A DNA stretch of 64,000 nucleotides from Ascidiella aspersa (Eukaryota), in NCBI GenBank assembly GCA_963924565.1, contig OZ004607.1:25358001-25422000 (forward strand), written 5' to 3'. A model generated the notes under the pieces. The model was not told the DNA's origin. It did no database searches and was given only the letters and a program-made list of their open reading frames with translations. Positions 49,511-62,937 of the stretch are shown in pieces. How positions within the stretch are numbered: position 1 is the first letter of the stretch; every line of letters begins with the position of its first letter. The position numbers and the translations under genes were made by a program.

Positions 49511-52500
49511 TCAAGCAGCTAACGACCATTTAATTTTGTGTATCGTCATACTTCCTCTTTTTAAAGCCAAATATCGCTCGGAAGTTCGCACAGAAGATAG
49601 CAACAGTAAAAAGCGTAACATAGTCGGGACAGTGTCGGCATATTTACATTGATAAATAACATATCGCGCGCATAAAAGGACACAATTAACAAATGTTTTG
49701 CACAGTTCGTTTTTATGCACTCCAAAAAGTAATTGATCGCGGGAAAAAATACACGATATTCGTAGTTTAGTACTTAACCAGGGACTCACGTTTTCCCAGT
49801 ATAGACACGTAACAGGACACAAATAAAACAAGTGGTACAGGGTTTCCGTGGCCTTTTTGCAAAAAGTACATTGGTTAGATTCGGTTTTACCAAACGAATA
49901 AAGAGAGTCATTTGTAATAATTACGCCCAAGTTAAACTTTATCTGAAAGCTTATTAGTTTGTTTTCGATTGTTGAATTGTAGAGGTTGCGGTAAATTTTC
50001 TCCCATGGCAGACGTGCCCTCCCGCAATTTAAGGTCCAGTGCCATTTTAATTGAGCTTTCGGAGGAAAGAAAATTGTTGTTTGTATTTTATCGTAAACCG
50101 ATTTGGTGGAGTTATACTGCTGGATAAATAATTTTAATGTTTGGGTTCTGTACGATCGGAACGTTGTTGCGCTACCCGAATCCCAGTCTTCTGGGAGACT
50201 CGATATTAATCTTATGAATTGGACAAAATCTACGTGTTGTTAGGTGTAAAGTTAAATTTAGTTACTAATGTGTCATATTGTAGATACTCGCCGTTTCTAT
50301 TCAATAAATCCTGGTGAAAAATTATATTGGAATCTATAAGTGATGGCATAAAAAAAACATTTGAGCGGAATAATACTTTTTTGTTTAGCCAAAGCGGACG
50401 GCTGTTTGACTTTGGATCTATAATTTCCAAGAGTTGTTTGCACTCCGTTATTGCGCAACGTAACGTTCGCATAGGAAGTATACGCCTTGTGATATTGCAT
50501 TGTTTGTTCCTATGTTCCCATTAAGAAGCGCTTCTAATCTGTTACCTTAGATAAAGGGGCCTTCGATTTGTTTCCAATCAGCTTCCGCGTTTTCGTCAAG
50601 TAGTTTAGAGATCCATTTCGTATGTAAGGCTAACAAGTAATTATCTATATTGATCATTCCTGCCCCCCCATTTGCAATACTCGCACTCAAAGTCTCTCTT
50701 TTCACCCTCTCCCATTTTGACCCCCATAAAAATGTAAAGAGGATTCGTTTAACTTTTGAGATAAAGCATTTGGGTATATTAACCGGGACAACACTCATTT
50801 TAAAGGTGAAGATTGGAATCATGAGGGTCTTGATAACTGTTATTTTTCCGAGAAGAGAGAGACCCCTCGCGGACCAAATATTTGATACTATTTTAATTTT
50901 TTTCAGAAGTGGTGTGAAGTTTTTTTCAATTAGATCGGCGTCGTTTCTCGAGCTAGTGGGAATTTCAACGCCTAAGTATTTGATAGTACCTGATGGCCAT
51001 AGAAGGCCACTTTGTTCCATGGGTTTGTGACAGTTTTAACGATTTGTTCCGATAAAAAAGGCGTTTGATTTGGACGTGTTGACCTTGCAGCCTGACATTT
51101 CGCCGAAGCCGTCGATAATCCGAAAGACTTCTGTAAAATCCTGATCACTACCCGATAGAAATATTGTAGTGTCGTCAGCAAATATGGACACTTTACATTC
51201 TTTGCCATTTATTGTGATGCCGTTTTGGCGGCCCTGTTTTAACGCAGCGGTAAGGCATTCAACACACAGGACAAATAAAGTTGGAGAGAGAGGGTCTCCC
51301 TGGCGTACGCCACGTTCAACGTTAAACGATTTTGATAAAAAGTTGTAGTTAACAATTACGCACGAAGGATTTTGATAAAAACATTCGATCAATTTAATAA
51401 TCTTGTGCCCGAACCCGAAAGCAGCTAAGGCTGTATATATGAAGTCCCAGTTTACCGTGTCAAAGGCCTTGAACATGTCTAAAGACAGTATCGCGCCAGG
51501 TATATCGTAATAGTCGGCGCAGTCAATGATATCGAACAAAAGACGAATATTAGTGCATATGTATCGTTTCGAAATAAAACCATTTTGCGCAGGCGAGATA
51601 ATGTCGTTTAGTACCCCTCGCATCCTGGTGTTAACTACTTTTGAAGCAATTTTGTAGTCTACATTCAAAAGCGTTATCGGTCTAAAATTTCCCGGTTGAA
51701 GATGATCTTTATAAGCTTTTGGAAGTAGAGTTACCACTGCTTCTGACTGAGAAGCTGATAGCCCACCTGTATTTACTGTATGTCGCAATATAGACGCATT
51801 TGATATTGTCCCAAAAGGTGATATAAAACTCTGCTGGAAAACCGTCTAGCCCAGGGGATTTATTTTTACCCATGTTGCAGAGAGCAGTGAAGAATTCCGC
51901 TTCTGTTGTTTCCGCTTCTAATAGTTTTGATTGTTCTGCCTTAATTTTTGGGAGATTTAGTGTTTTTAATTTTGAGGCGATTAAGGTTTTGTTCAATAGA
52001 TCTCCGTTTTGTTTATAGAGTTGCTTGTAAAAGTCAACTAGACCTTCCAAAATGTTGTTTTGGTCAGTTATTATTTTATCATCTACAAAAAGTCTGTTAA
52101 TGCGTCTCGCCAACCAGTTTTTCCAAATCGATTTGCTTATATTTAGCCTTCGTTTTAGTTCGGCCGCATATCTAATAGTTTCTCCCCGAACAACTGCTTT
52201 CAAGGCGTCCCACAACGCAATGATGCCGCTGGTAGTTTCTGAAGCCTTGAGGACTTTTTAACGGCGGGAAATTTGTGGCGAAAAATATCTGTTAGTTTGT
52301 AATGTGTCATATATTGCAAAAGACTTTCTCTTGCTTTTCGGTTACGATGTTTTTAACTTCCATTTTGATCTAGGACATTGTCCAGAACTAGATTAAAGTC
52401 CCCTCCCATGATTATTGGGGCATCGGAAAATCTGTCAAGTACGGCGAATAAATTGATGAAAAATTCTGGATCGTCCTTATTCGGCGCGTAAACATTAACA

Positions 52501-52820
52501 ATTACTATTGGGGTTGCATTTATTGTAATTTCAACCATTAAGTATCGACCTAATTCTTGGTCTACCCGTGTGCCTGAGACTGAATAAGATAAGTTTTTGT
52601 CGATTAGTATTGCCACCCCTCTACTGCTTGAGGTGCCGTGCGCCCAAAACGCTTCCCCTCCCCATTCCATACCCCATAACTTTTCGTGCTTAGCACTACC
52701 ATGGGTTTCCTGCAAAAGGGCAACGTGATACTTTTTACGACGTAAAAAATTAAAAATCGATTTTCTTTTCATAGCGATGTTTAAACCTCGAACGTTGTGT
52801 AAAATAATATTTAAAGACAT
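49511..52820 (-). pseudogene. LINE ORF2 (APE endonuclease, reverse transcriptase, C-terminal zinc finger), frameshifted
   Basis: HNVRGL, LQETH, NVYAPN, GGDFN; KSPGLDG, FRPITLLNVDYK, LDMFKAFD, GVRQGDPLSP, FADD, KYLGV; CTFC...ETLYHLFYLC. Confidence 0.92.
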
Positions 52821-52831
52821 AAAAATAGTAT

Positions 52832-54302
52832 TTAAACGCGTTCGACACCAATATCTACGTCCCATTCGTACTCCATGCCACATTCACATCTAAACGCTTT
52901 ATTGGGACCCAAAAGACAGGAATGCTTTTTCCCGCAACTACAGTTGACTATCTTATACTTGCAGTGGGTATTACTACACGCTTTACACATGGTAACCTTA
53001 GGTAGCGAGTTAACAGTAAAACAATTACAGACAACAGAGTATGCACTCAAGCACATCTTCCTTCGTCTTGTATTCTGGCTGGAGCTCATCGCAGCACGGC
53101 ATACGTCTCAATGTCCCTTCGCATGAAGGACATTGACATGTTTCTTTACCCTCTTCGACCAGAAATAACTCGTCCGTGCAGCACTTCATTGCTACGGAAT
53201 ACTTGTTGGAACAACTCTAGCAAACGAAAGTTTTCGACTGAGCCTAAACCACAGCTTCAGCTTGGCAGCCAGGGCATGTCAGCGAAATTCTGGTCGCACA
53301 TAGGCTAATAGATTTGCTGTTAGGAAGCTCGTCTGGGCTTCGTTGCAGCCTTTTCCTTGACCAGTTGTTGGTAAGCTTCAGTGTGCTTGACTTGATGTTG
53401 GCGTTGTTTTCAGAGTTGAAGTCCGGGGAGTTCTTATCAGCATCGTTTAGAATGCTGCTTACGGCTGTTGTAGAGTGTGAATTGTTATCAGCGTTGTTGA
53501 CGCCAGCGCTAGATTGGGGGACAAGTGCGTTATCGTTTGTCTCTCCTTGTGCTTTGGCTTGCTTGTGCTCTTCTTGTCTTTTTACTAGCCGAGGAAAATC
53601 TTTTTGATGTTTGGGACAGTTTGCTTGTTTGTGACCTTTCTCGTCACAATACTTGCAAGTGAACACTTGCCCATGATATGTTACGTAAATTCACAGTCCG
53701 CCATCCTAATATAACTTGGTAAAGGGTTTTCTTCCACGTCCGTTGAATTCATTGTCAAGATTCTCATTCCGGTTAGCAACCCAATCTTGTCCTTCCTGTG
53801 CGTCACCTTTTAAACTTTTCCATATTTTGCCGATATTTCCTCTGCTATGAGTTCACTGGGGAAAAGGCACCCAGCCAACTGCGATGTTAATCTTGTCATT
53901 TTCGTATAGTTTAACAAATTTCACTGATTCTGCTGCGCATAGCTTTGTGTAAAGTTCCGGGACGTATAGCAAGCCTAGTATTATACCTATTATAAAGTTT
54001 TTGTCAACGAAAACTAGATTGTTTGTTGCAGCTGCAGATAAAATGCGATTGCTGGGTTGTAAATGTTCTTGCCTTCGTTGTGGTTTCATAAAACTGGCCT
54101 GGCCGCTGAGGGTCAGAAAAACCAACCCCGCGTTAGTAAACCGAATCTATGTTGAACGCAGCAAACGGATTGCAAAATACGTGCGCCCTCTAGCAAGGCT
54201 AGTCAAAATACTTGTTAAATTCACAATGTCATCAATAGCGTAGGATATTTTGAGTTATAAATGCGAAAGCGCGGTTTTTGCGATTGATGCGATTTGAGTC
54301 AT
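52832..54302 (-). pseudogene. LINE ORF1 (Tx1-like, CCHC knuckle, long Cys-rich C-terminus), disrupted
   Basis: LTGMRILTM...PLPSYI...YVTYHGQVFTCKYCDEKGHKQANCP, then a low-complexity linker and a CxxC-rich tail ending just before the ORF2 ATG. Confidence 0.75.
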
Positions 54303-54527
54303 TGGAAGCTAGAAACGTATATTATACGATTACTAGAGGTTACTTTTTATTGTTGGACAGCGAAGCTCCTAAATAATCCCAACCAAGTGTATCAACATTT
54401 TATCTCAAATATATGAAGAATACTATACACATTTTTTAAATATTCATTTTACGCTTAAAACGTTCTTTACTAAAATTTTGTCATCATTCATGGATTGGAG
54501 TTGCGCGTAATCTTTTTCTATTTTCAC

Positions 54528-54553
54528 TGTTCCGGGTTCATTGACCAATCAGC
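54528..54553 (+). promoter_or_regulatory. Possible SLC25A3-B promoter elements (TTCCGG ETS-like site, CCAAT box)
   Basis: ttccgggttcattgaccaatcagcg in a CpG-retaining stretch about 750 bp upstream of ATG 55293. Motif match only. Confidence 0.35.
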
Positions 54554-54881
54554 GTTCAGTACAATGTATTGCGAAATTTCGCCGGGTTTCTCACGAGGTT
54601 GCGCGAGCCTAAAGGTCATAAAATAATTTACACAAAATGCAATTTCACAGGTGTAAATAAACTGTTTAAATGTCAATTTGGTACTGCTGGTTTCATCAGT
54701 AAAACATGTAAAAATGATTTGGAAACATGGTTGAATCTGCAGTCAATCTTAGAAAGTGTAAAATAATTTATTCTTGATGACAGGATGGTAACTTGTTGAC
54801 ATGGAAAAGCCTCGAGTCTTTTCTTAGGTTTAATTGTTTATTATTAACTTAGACTTCCAACGGTTCATGTATAAAAGGCTT

Positions 54882-55078
54882 GACGATGCTCTATAATCCT
54901 ACCTTTTTTATTTTATTATTAACCAGCAGTCAAAATTGAAAATTGGCGTAAATATGTAAGAATAAATATAATAATAATACTTGACCCACCCAAACCAAAT
55001 GCTAACTCCCATCCTAACCCAAATATTGTTAGCAATATAACCCCCGGACGAAAATGTGGTAGGATTTAGACCAGCGCC
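54882..55078. mobile_element. GGCGC-TIR MITE, second copy with TSD
   Basis: Degenerate left TIR gacgatgctctataatcctacc, right TIR tgtggtaggatttagaccagcgcc; perfect 8-bp TSD aaaggctt (54874-54881, 55079-55086). Confidence 0.85.
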
Positions 55079-55292
55079 AAAGGCTTTCCGTTATTGTTCA
55101 GCAAGAAGTTGTTTTTTCAAAGTCACAGATATCTTTTAATGCTAAATATTCTTGTTGACTGCATAGTTGTGATATGTAAGCACAGGACTCACTATTGTGT
55201 TACAGTTTGTATAAAATTACCATTATACATTATAATTTTGAACTGTACTTTTTTAAGTTTTTTTAATTTAGTTTATTGTTAATAACCTAAAA

Positions 55293-57838
55293 ATGGTAAA
55301 TTCATTAATTGATTCAGTGAAGGTCAACCCTTTCAATACGCCCATTTTTCAAGTTGGATCAGAACCTTGTTCAAATACAGAATCTGCGGTGCAGTCAACA
55401 GTTTCAAGGCGCATTGGAGCTGCTTCCACCGACAGTACTACTTCTGTTAACATTTTGTTGTTTTTACCAAAATATTTTTGCTTCTGTTAAACTTAAATAA
55501 ACCTTTGTTTTAAGATGGGACCAGCTGCGAATTTGGATCAGCAAAGTATTTTGCACTTTGTGGATTTGGTGGCATTCTAAGTTGCGGCATAACTCACACT
55601 GCTGTTGTTCCACTTGATCTTGTGAAATGCCGAATCCAGGTCATTACTATTTAACCACCATAACTGCAGTTTAAGCTCACCCATTAGCCAACTGTTAATG
55701 GATGTACCCATTAGCCAACTGTTAAGTATGACAAAACTACCAATTTCTTTCAACAAACCAGAAAATTTAATATTCATCCAGATTTTGAGTTAAACAAATG
55801 TGCACTTTTAACCTTTGTTGTATCTGGTTGCGCCTGTTCTAAGATTTTTTTTTAATTGACGTAGATATAATGCTTACACTTGTAGGAATAGCAATGCATT
55901 TTTTTTTGCAACCAAAGTATTAAATGCACTTGACTTCTAATCTTTAATACACCACACCAGATATTATTTAACACAGTGATATTTCTATACCATTTATACT
56001 ACAACATAGTACCAGTAAAGTATAAAACTCCTATTTTGCATGTTACCTTAACAAGATTAACACAGTAGTAAATCAAACACAATATTAAATCAGTCAGCCA
56101 CGGATATGAAAGCAAATTACAAATTCTAATGTTGAAAACTTAGAAATTTTTTGGTATTATAGAGGATTTTTATTATGTATTTTTTTCATAAAAATATTTG
56201 TCTAAATTACAGATACAGATAAACATATGTTGAGGAGCTCAATATATGTCAATATGGTAAACTTATTCACAAACACTAACTATGGCCCAAGTGCAAGTTT
56301 TTTTCCGGACTAGACCTGCTCAAATAAATCTTAACATTCCAACTGATTTTTAATATGATTTACAAATGGGTCCACTTTGTCTTAATTCAGTCACCTAGAC
56401 TCAATCATCTTGAGTTTTCCTTCCATCCTGGTGCATACCACAATTTAAAAATGTAGACCTGAATTTTTTTTTGAGATTTGATTAGCTCAATTTTCTTTTC
56501 TAATTTAATGTTTTAATTGTTAGTTTAAACATCTAATTAGTAGTTGATTGTCATTGGTAAAAGGGTGTGGTGTAACATCGGCCTAATTTAAATTTGTTTT
56601 ATATTCTGTTTCTTGATTATGTTTACCAGGTTGACCCAGATAAGTACAAGGGAATTTTTAATGGCTTCCGTGTAACTGTCAAAGAAGATGGTATCAGAGG
56701 TCTCGGCAAGGGTTGGGCTCCTACTTTCATTGGTTACTCGATGCAGGGACTGTGCAAATTTGGATTTTATGAAGTGTTTAAAAACATGTACAGTAACATG
56801 CTTGGAGAGGTAGGGTAATTGTTTTTTAATTGCACAAAAAAATGAGTATGAATCGTGTTTTGAAATTTAGGAAAAAACGTTTCTGTGGAGAACCTCTTTG
56901 TACCTAGCAGCCAGTGCTTCTGCAGAATTTTTTGCTGATATTGCACTTGCCCCAATGGAGGCCTGCAAAGTGAGAATCCAAACTCAACCAGGGTTTGCAA
57001 ACACACTGCGTGAAGCTTTCCCCAAAATGAAAGCTGACGAGGGATGGGGCGCGTAAGTTAATGATTGTTAAGCCTTACTTTTGTCATTTTCAAATTAAGT
57101 TAACTGGCAATTCACTGCTAATGCAGTTAAAAATGTTCAGAATGTTCAAACAACTTAACTATTTCCATGTTGGATTGTATATTATCCCTTAACGTGCAGA
57201 GTTATGTTTTTAAAGATTTTTTTTACAATATTCACAGTTTCTACAAGGGCTTAGTGCCTCTTTGGAGCAGACAAATTCCCTACACAATGATGAAGTTTGC
57301 CTGCTTTGAACGCACTGTTGAGGCCCTCTACAAGTTTGTTGTACCAAAGCCACGATCAGAATGCTCCAAATCTGAGCAGCTTGTGGTTACTTTTGTTGCC
57401 GGTTACATTGCTGGTGTCTTCTGTGCAGTTGTGTCTCACCCAGCTGACTCTGTTGTTTCTCTCCTTAACAAGGACAAGGGAAGCACTGCGACCGAAGCCC
57501 TTAAGAAACTTGGACCAAAGGGTAATCTTAAGTTTTTTCCTGCTGCTAACAAAATATTACCTCCATGTAGAATATCTAGTGTTGCTGGTCTCATTTACTT
57601 TTTTATTTGTGGTTGTGCCGTTTGTTTTCAGACTTACACATAAATCCTAACACTAATATTTTCTCCTTAAGGTGTGTGGAAGGGGCTTGGCGCCCGTATC
57701 GTCATGATCGGTACACTTACCGCACTTCAGTGGTTCATATATGACTCGGTGAAGGTATACTTCCGCTTGCCACGACCCCCTCCACCAAGCATGCCAGAGA
57801 GTCTGAGACTTAAGCTTGAACAACAATCCAGCTCTTAG
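55293..57838 (+). CDS. SLC25A3: Mitochondrial phosphate carrier paralog B (intact, canonical)
   Basis: Exons 55293-55434, 55515-55639, 56630-56809, 56871-57052, 57238-57521, 57672-57838; phases consistent. Presequence has NPFNTP as in vertebrate SLC25A3; ends [47 protein letters not shown]. Confidence 0.95.
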
Positions 57839-59017
57839 ACCCTTTTGTTTTTTTCTTTTAAATCTATTGGTTAGTATTCTGCTGTGTGAATCATTTCCAA
57901 CCCAAAATACGCTCTTTTCATTCAAAGTTTATTTTCAATGTGGTTATTCTGTAGGTAATTGTCAGTATAAATGCCTCCTCATTGGATGTTGTAACAAGTT
58001 TCACGAAAAGATTGTTTTATTTATATTCGCGTCTTGTGAGGTTCATCCAAACCCAAAATAAAAAACCCAACTACCGTCTTTATGGGAACTGTTTTTAAAT
58101 ATTTCACTTAGTTACAGCAGGGCTTCTTACCGCTTGGCGACGTAAAGGCTTTGCAAGGGGGTAATATTACTCTCAAAGAAAAAAAAAATAATATTTTAAC
58201 ATTTTCACTTTTCTTAAAGTTCGGTGGTAAAAAACCCAACATTTGCGCTAGTAATGCTAAAAACTGTGTGCTTTCATTCCGGAGTTTTTTCTTCGCGTCA
58301 TGATATTTGATATGGTTTAAAGTACAATGTTATTCGATCTCTTCGTTACCGTCAAAGGATACTGTTGTGAATAGCTGGACGGCGTTCAACGTCCTGTTGT
58401 AAGAAAATATTGCTGAATTCCAATATTAGCTAGGGCAGTATTTCCAAATGTGGCCACGAGCACTTCATATGCTTTAGTTATTTGCTAAACTAAAATATGT
58501 GTTTTTTAATTAGACTTGTGCCGTCTTTTACTAAAACTTTTATGAAGGTGCCCACTGAAAGTTTACGATAAAAAGTAGCCACCTTCCCTGAAATAAACAC
58601 AAGAAATGTTGACCAGCTGTCAATTCCAATGAAATATGAAAAGCATTGTGCGAAACGAATTGATCCACTCTAGCATGTCGCAACAAGCAATGCATTTCGG
58701 CCACTTGCAGTCGCGGATAAATGTTTAGAGATGATGCCGCAAAGTTATGTCAAAACTTGACGTCACAAAGTTACATATCGACGTGACGTCATAAATGAGT
58801 AACAATAATAACATCACACAGTCGATTATTTTGTTTCAAAGTTGGGTAGGTGTTATACTTTCATCAAAAATACTTTATTCAAGGTGTTAGCGACCGCGCA
58901 AAAATAAGTAGGCTACGTCTTTAAATCGTTTAGTTCGGTTGTCACCACTTTCCTTTTGGATTGTGCGATAGGACGCACGATGTCTAGCATTACACGATTT
59001 TATCAAATGGGATAGAA

Positions 59018-59262
59018 CAGGGGTCGGCAACCCCTGACACGCGTGTCACTTGCGCACATTATTAACATTACTAATACATCACTAACACTAGCGCTAACTA
59101 AATGGTTGCACACATTGCCAGTTCGTGTCACAAATAAGTGTCTTAACTGTGTTGTATTTAATATTATTTTTTGTGGGCGTACTTGTTGTTTACCAACAGT
59201 TCGTATTAAGTCACAATGCCCCAAATTTGGCGCAACGTTTACTACGTTAAAGCAGGGCATTC
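59018..59262. repeat. hAT-MITE-derived repeat shared with ~33540-33692
   Basis: caggggtcggcaacc terminus; gtgtcttaa...gtcacaatgccc...aagcagggcatt present at both loci. Confidence 0.6.
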
Positions 59263-61390
59263 TAAATCAGTGGTTCTCAACCGCCGGTCCGAGTCAACTT
59301 TCCTGCCGGTCCGCCAAATATTTTACAAACTTATATCTCAATTGCAAAAAGCAAGATGTTAAAGGCGGCTTGTCTATCAAATTTAGAACTTAGCCAGTTC
59401 CGTAATTTGTAGCATTGTGATGTAACATAGAGTTAACGGTCTACTTTGGACTTCGTCCTACGTCACAATGCTGCGTGTTGTGCCCAACTATTTAAAAGTA
59501 GGCTACAACCAAGGCTGCCACTCGTAGGGATATTACCCTACGGTAGGGTATTTTCGCCTAAAGTAGGGAGTAGGGAATACCTACGGGATAAATTGTACTT
59601 TGTAGGGAAAAGTAGGGTATTTTGGTAAAAAAAAATTATGGTGATCAGACACTTGCAATGGAGTTATTTACCAAGTAGGCCTACTATTAAATCATACAGC
59701 TTGTTATTTGTTTTAAATTTAAGATTTTCCCATTTTTTAGGACAATTTATTTAAAATTGCATCATACAGGTTAATGATATTATGCGTTTTTACCCTTTTT
59801 AAATAGCAACGGTGACGCCCGTCTGAAATCCTACCACAAGGAATATTATTTGGGTTAGGGTGCAGGTTAGGTTAAGCAATATAATTAAATATTAAAATTT
59901 AACACATCCTCACCCAAACATTAAGCGCCATAACAGCAATTTGAGAATATAATCCAGCCCAACTGGAACCCCGTTTCAACTTGGGTGAACTTGGCGTGCC
60001 GAGATTGTTTTTGGGCTTCATGTTTTTTGTATAAATTTAATCCTATCAAAATGTTGTAGCAAATATCCGTCATTCCACATCATTTTTAAGGTTTTGGTCT
60101 ATTTCCTATTTGTTGAAACAGGCTATTTGCCCGGCTCGCCTGTTTACCGAACTTCGCACTACTGTAACCGGATCTGCAAAATTGCCTCACGATTTGTTGC
60201 TAAAGTCGTTTACAGTAGTGCAAATTTTAAAGTTGGTTTGCGACTTACTGTTAACGGCTTTAGCAATGAATCGTATGCAATTTTGCAGATCCAGTTACAG
60301 TACGGTAGTGCGATTTTGAAGTTCGATAAACGGATGGGAAAACTTCGGCACTGATCTGAATCTTACCACACCGAGATAATATTGTGCAGAAGAAGGCACT
60401 AGCCGTTTACCGAACTTTAAATTTCGAACTTTGGGGACCGGCTCATTTTTTCGGAATATCCACCTTCATTTAGTTACGTAAATTGGTGAAATACAGAGGC
60501 TGAGTCGGACTCGGGACGTGATGAAATCTGATATTTCGCCGGAGTCAGACTCGGGTTGTTTTTAACCGACTGCGCAGCCCTGATTGCCAGTGCGAAACCA
60601 AACATAGAAAAATGTTTGGCACGCGAGTTGTTAATATTTTGACATCATTCATAAACTGGCACACTGCGTACGAAAGGTTGCCGACCCCTGGGCTAGAATA
60701 TAGAAAAATCAGACACATCCAGGCGCCCTGTTTGCACAATGAAGATATTGCTTCAAAGAAAAACTAAGAACTAGGTTACAGGAACAAGGTACTTTTTCAC
60801 GAATGATAAATATTGCTTTTCTGCCCACAAACATACGTTTGATATTTTACCTTGACCGGTTTGAGCATGGTTATTCGCCTGCAAAGTCGTTCGGAAAGAA
60901 ACGCTCAAAGAAGAATGCTCCAGTAGAAAAACACACGCGAATAAAACACCGCCCTGGATACGCCCTACGCTACCTCACGTAGCGCGTTGGTCTGAGATTC
61001 ATAATAGCTTTGTTATGTCTACCTTTTGTTACACACATACAGGCAAATATAACTCACACTAACATTAAACAGGCAACCACTAAGAACAATTGTATTTCGA
61101 AATACAATCAACGTAAGCTATAGGCTACTATTGTTTAAATTTTAAAAATGTTATAAAATAAACACATATTTTTTGACGTAACGTTGTAAAAATGGATCAG
61201 AAAAAAATCAAAAACCAAAAAATAAAAATACCTCCGGTTAACAAATCTCTCTAAACTTTTAAACTACCTTCTGGTGCTATTTTGCCATTAGATAGGTCAA
61301 TTCGAAAGGCCGTTGAGGACGGAAAGCTTTTTTCTTTTTCGCATTTTCACTGTTAAAAAGGACATTTCTGCAAGTACCTCATAGGCCTTG

Positions 61391-61566
61391 AGGCCCGTTT
61401 ACACTACAGCTGCGCTGAGCTGGGCGTGAAAATGGCTCCAAAAAGTAACGTTTTTCTATAGCTGCACTGGGCTTGAAATAACAAGGCGTGAAAAGCTCGA
61501 AACAATAGAATTTAAATGCAAATTCCGCTTTGCTCAGATCAGTGCAGCTGTAATGTAAACGGGCCT
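61391..61566. mobile_element. PIF/Harbinger-like MITE
   Basis: TIR aggcccgtttacactacagctg / cagctgtaatgtaaacgggcct (21/22 match). Confidence 0.75.
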
Positions 61567-62024
61567 TTAGGCTACCCATATTTGGTTGATATTGCGAGAT
61601 TAGCGGTCATAACTCGTGCTAACAGAGAGGTCAGCACAGTCTATCGCAAGATGGCGCAATATTTTATATTTAAGTTTAAATACCTATATATATCAAAAAA
61701 TATATTTCTACCATTTGTTAAAAAAATATCTGTTAAACGTTTGAAAGTCGCTACACTGAACAATGTATTTAATGTTTGTTGTACAGCGCAATAGGCCTAC
61801 ACATGGATTGACTTAAATCTAACTTTGACTAGCTATTGGACCTGAGTTTTCTGTTTTTTTTCTGGATGAGATAATAACTATTCTTTGTTGTAGAGTCTGC
61901 CAATATGGTTTCAGTCGGGCTCGACACAAAAGCATTTATTGTAAAAATATCGAACAAGTATAAAAAGTGCTGCGAGAGGACGGGAAATAAAATCAGAGAG
62001 AAATCGGTGCTAGAAAATGAACAT

Positions 62025-62937
62025 TCAACGTTGGGTAGCTGCCACTTTATCCTTGACGTCCTGAAAGGCCTGTTTTGCCTGTCTCGAAGCTCGTAAAGAC
62101 TCTTCCCTGACGACCCTGGTAGCAAAATGTGATAGTCAGAAGTGCTGACAAAGCATATAGCATTTTTGTCATGTCTTATACTTTTCCGGTTGATTCTTTA
62201 TCAGTAAATTTTACGTTTTAACGTGGAACTATGGTACGATTTCCGTACTATTTGCATTGATAAAAATACCACATAAAACAATGACTTATCTTATTAATTA
62301 CAAAATACTGCATATTTATATATGCCTTAAAACTGTAGCGTTTCACGCTGTGAATATTAACGCGCTCAAGGTAGAATGTTTTTAGACAGAGCTGTACCAA
62401 ATACAATTAGTAATCGAGATTAATAGGGTCGCCGACAAAGGCGTATAGTCTTTCAAAGACTGGTTGTACGACATTTTACGCGAACTCGCAAAAACTATCC
62501 AATACCTTCCGTATTGGTTAAAACTGTAAAAAATACAGAATTTATCCTTATAAGCTTTTGAACGTTTTTAAATCCAGACAAGCGTGTGAGACTTGTGTAT
62601 ACCATCCACTATACCTGATACCATTATTGCACTTGTCTACTGCCGTGTAGTAAGTGTGACTGTCTAGTATTAACTGACGCAGAAAGTTTGTCGTAGATTT
62701 GTTTCATTTTGTTAATGTACCAAACGCTGATAAAGTTTGCTAAACTTTGTTTACGAACCATTGTCATATATAAAAAAATTCTATTAAAATTAAAATGAAA
62801 TCTTTAAAATGATTTGGTTTTTCTACCTGTATTTGTCTTCAACCTCCCATAGCAGTTCGTAAGCTTCGTCGGATGATAGTTTCGTATTTTCGGGTTCCAA
62901 AGCGTCCACAAGTGGCATCTCCACTGCCTTCACGTCT
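62025..62937 (-). CDS. Last two coding exons of an unidentified minus-strand gene
   Basis: Exon 62937-62827 (phase 2-2, DVKAVEMPLVDALEPENTKLSSDEAYELLWEVEDKYR) and exon 62115-62025 (VVREESLRASRQAKQAFQDVKDKVAATQR*); GT-AG and phase-compatible. Upstream exons unresolved. Confidence 0.6.

Larger units (their letters stand above)
49430..54310 (-). mobile_element. L1/Tx1-clade non-LTR retrotransposon, near full length, inactivated
   Basis: Poly(A) tail (T-run 49430-49441) preceded by AATAAA on the minus strand; ORF2 with APE and RT domains; ORF1 with CCHC knuckle. TSD not found; 5' end approximate. Confidence 0.93.
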
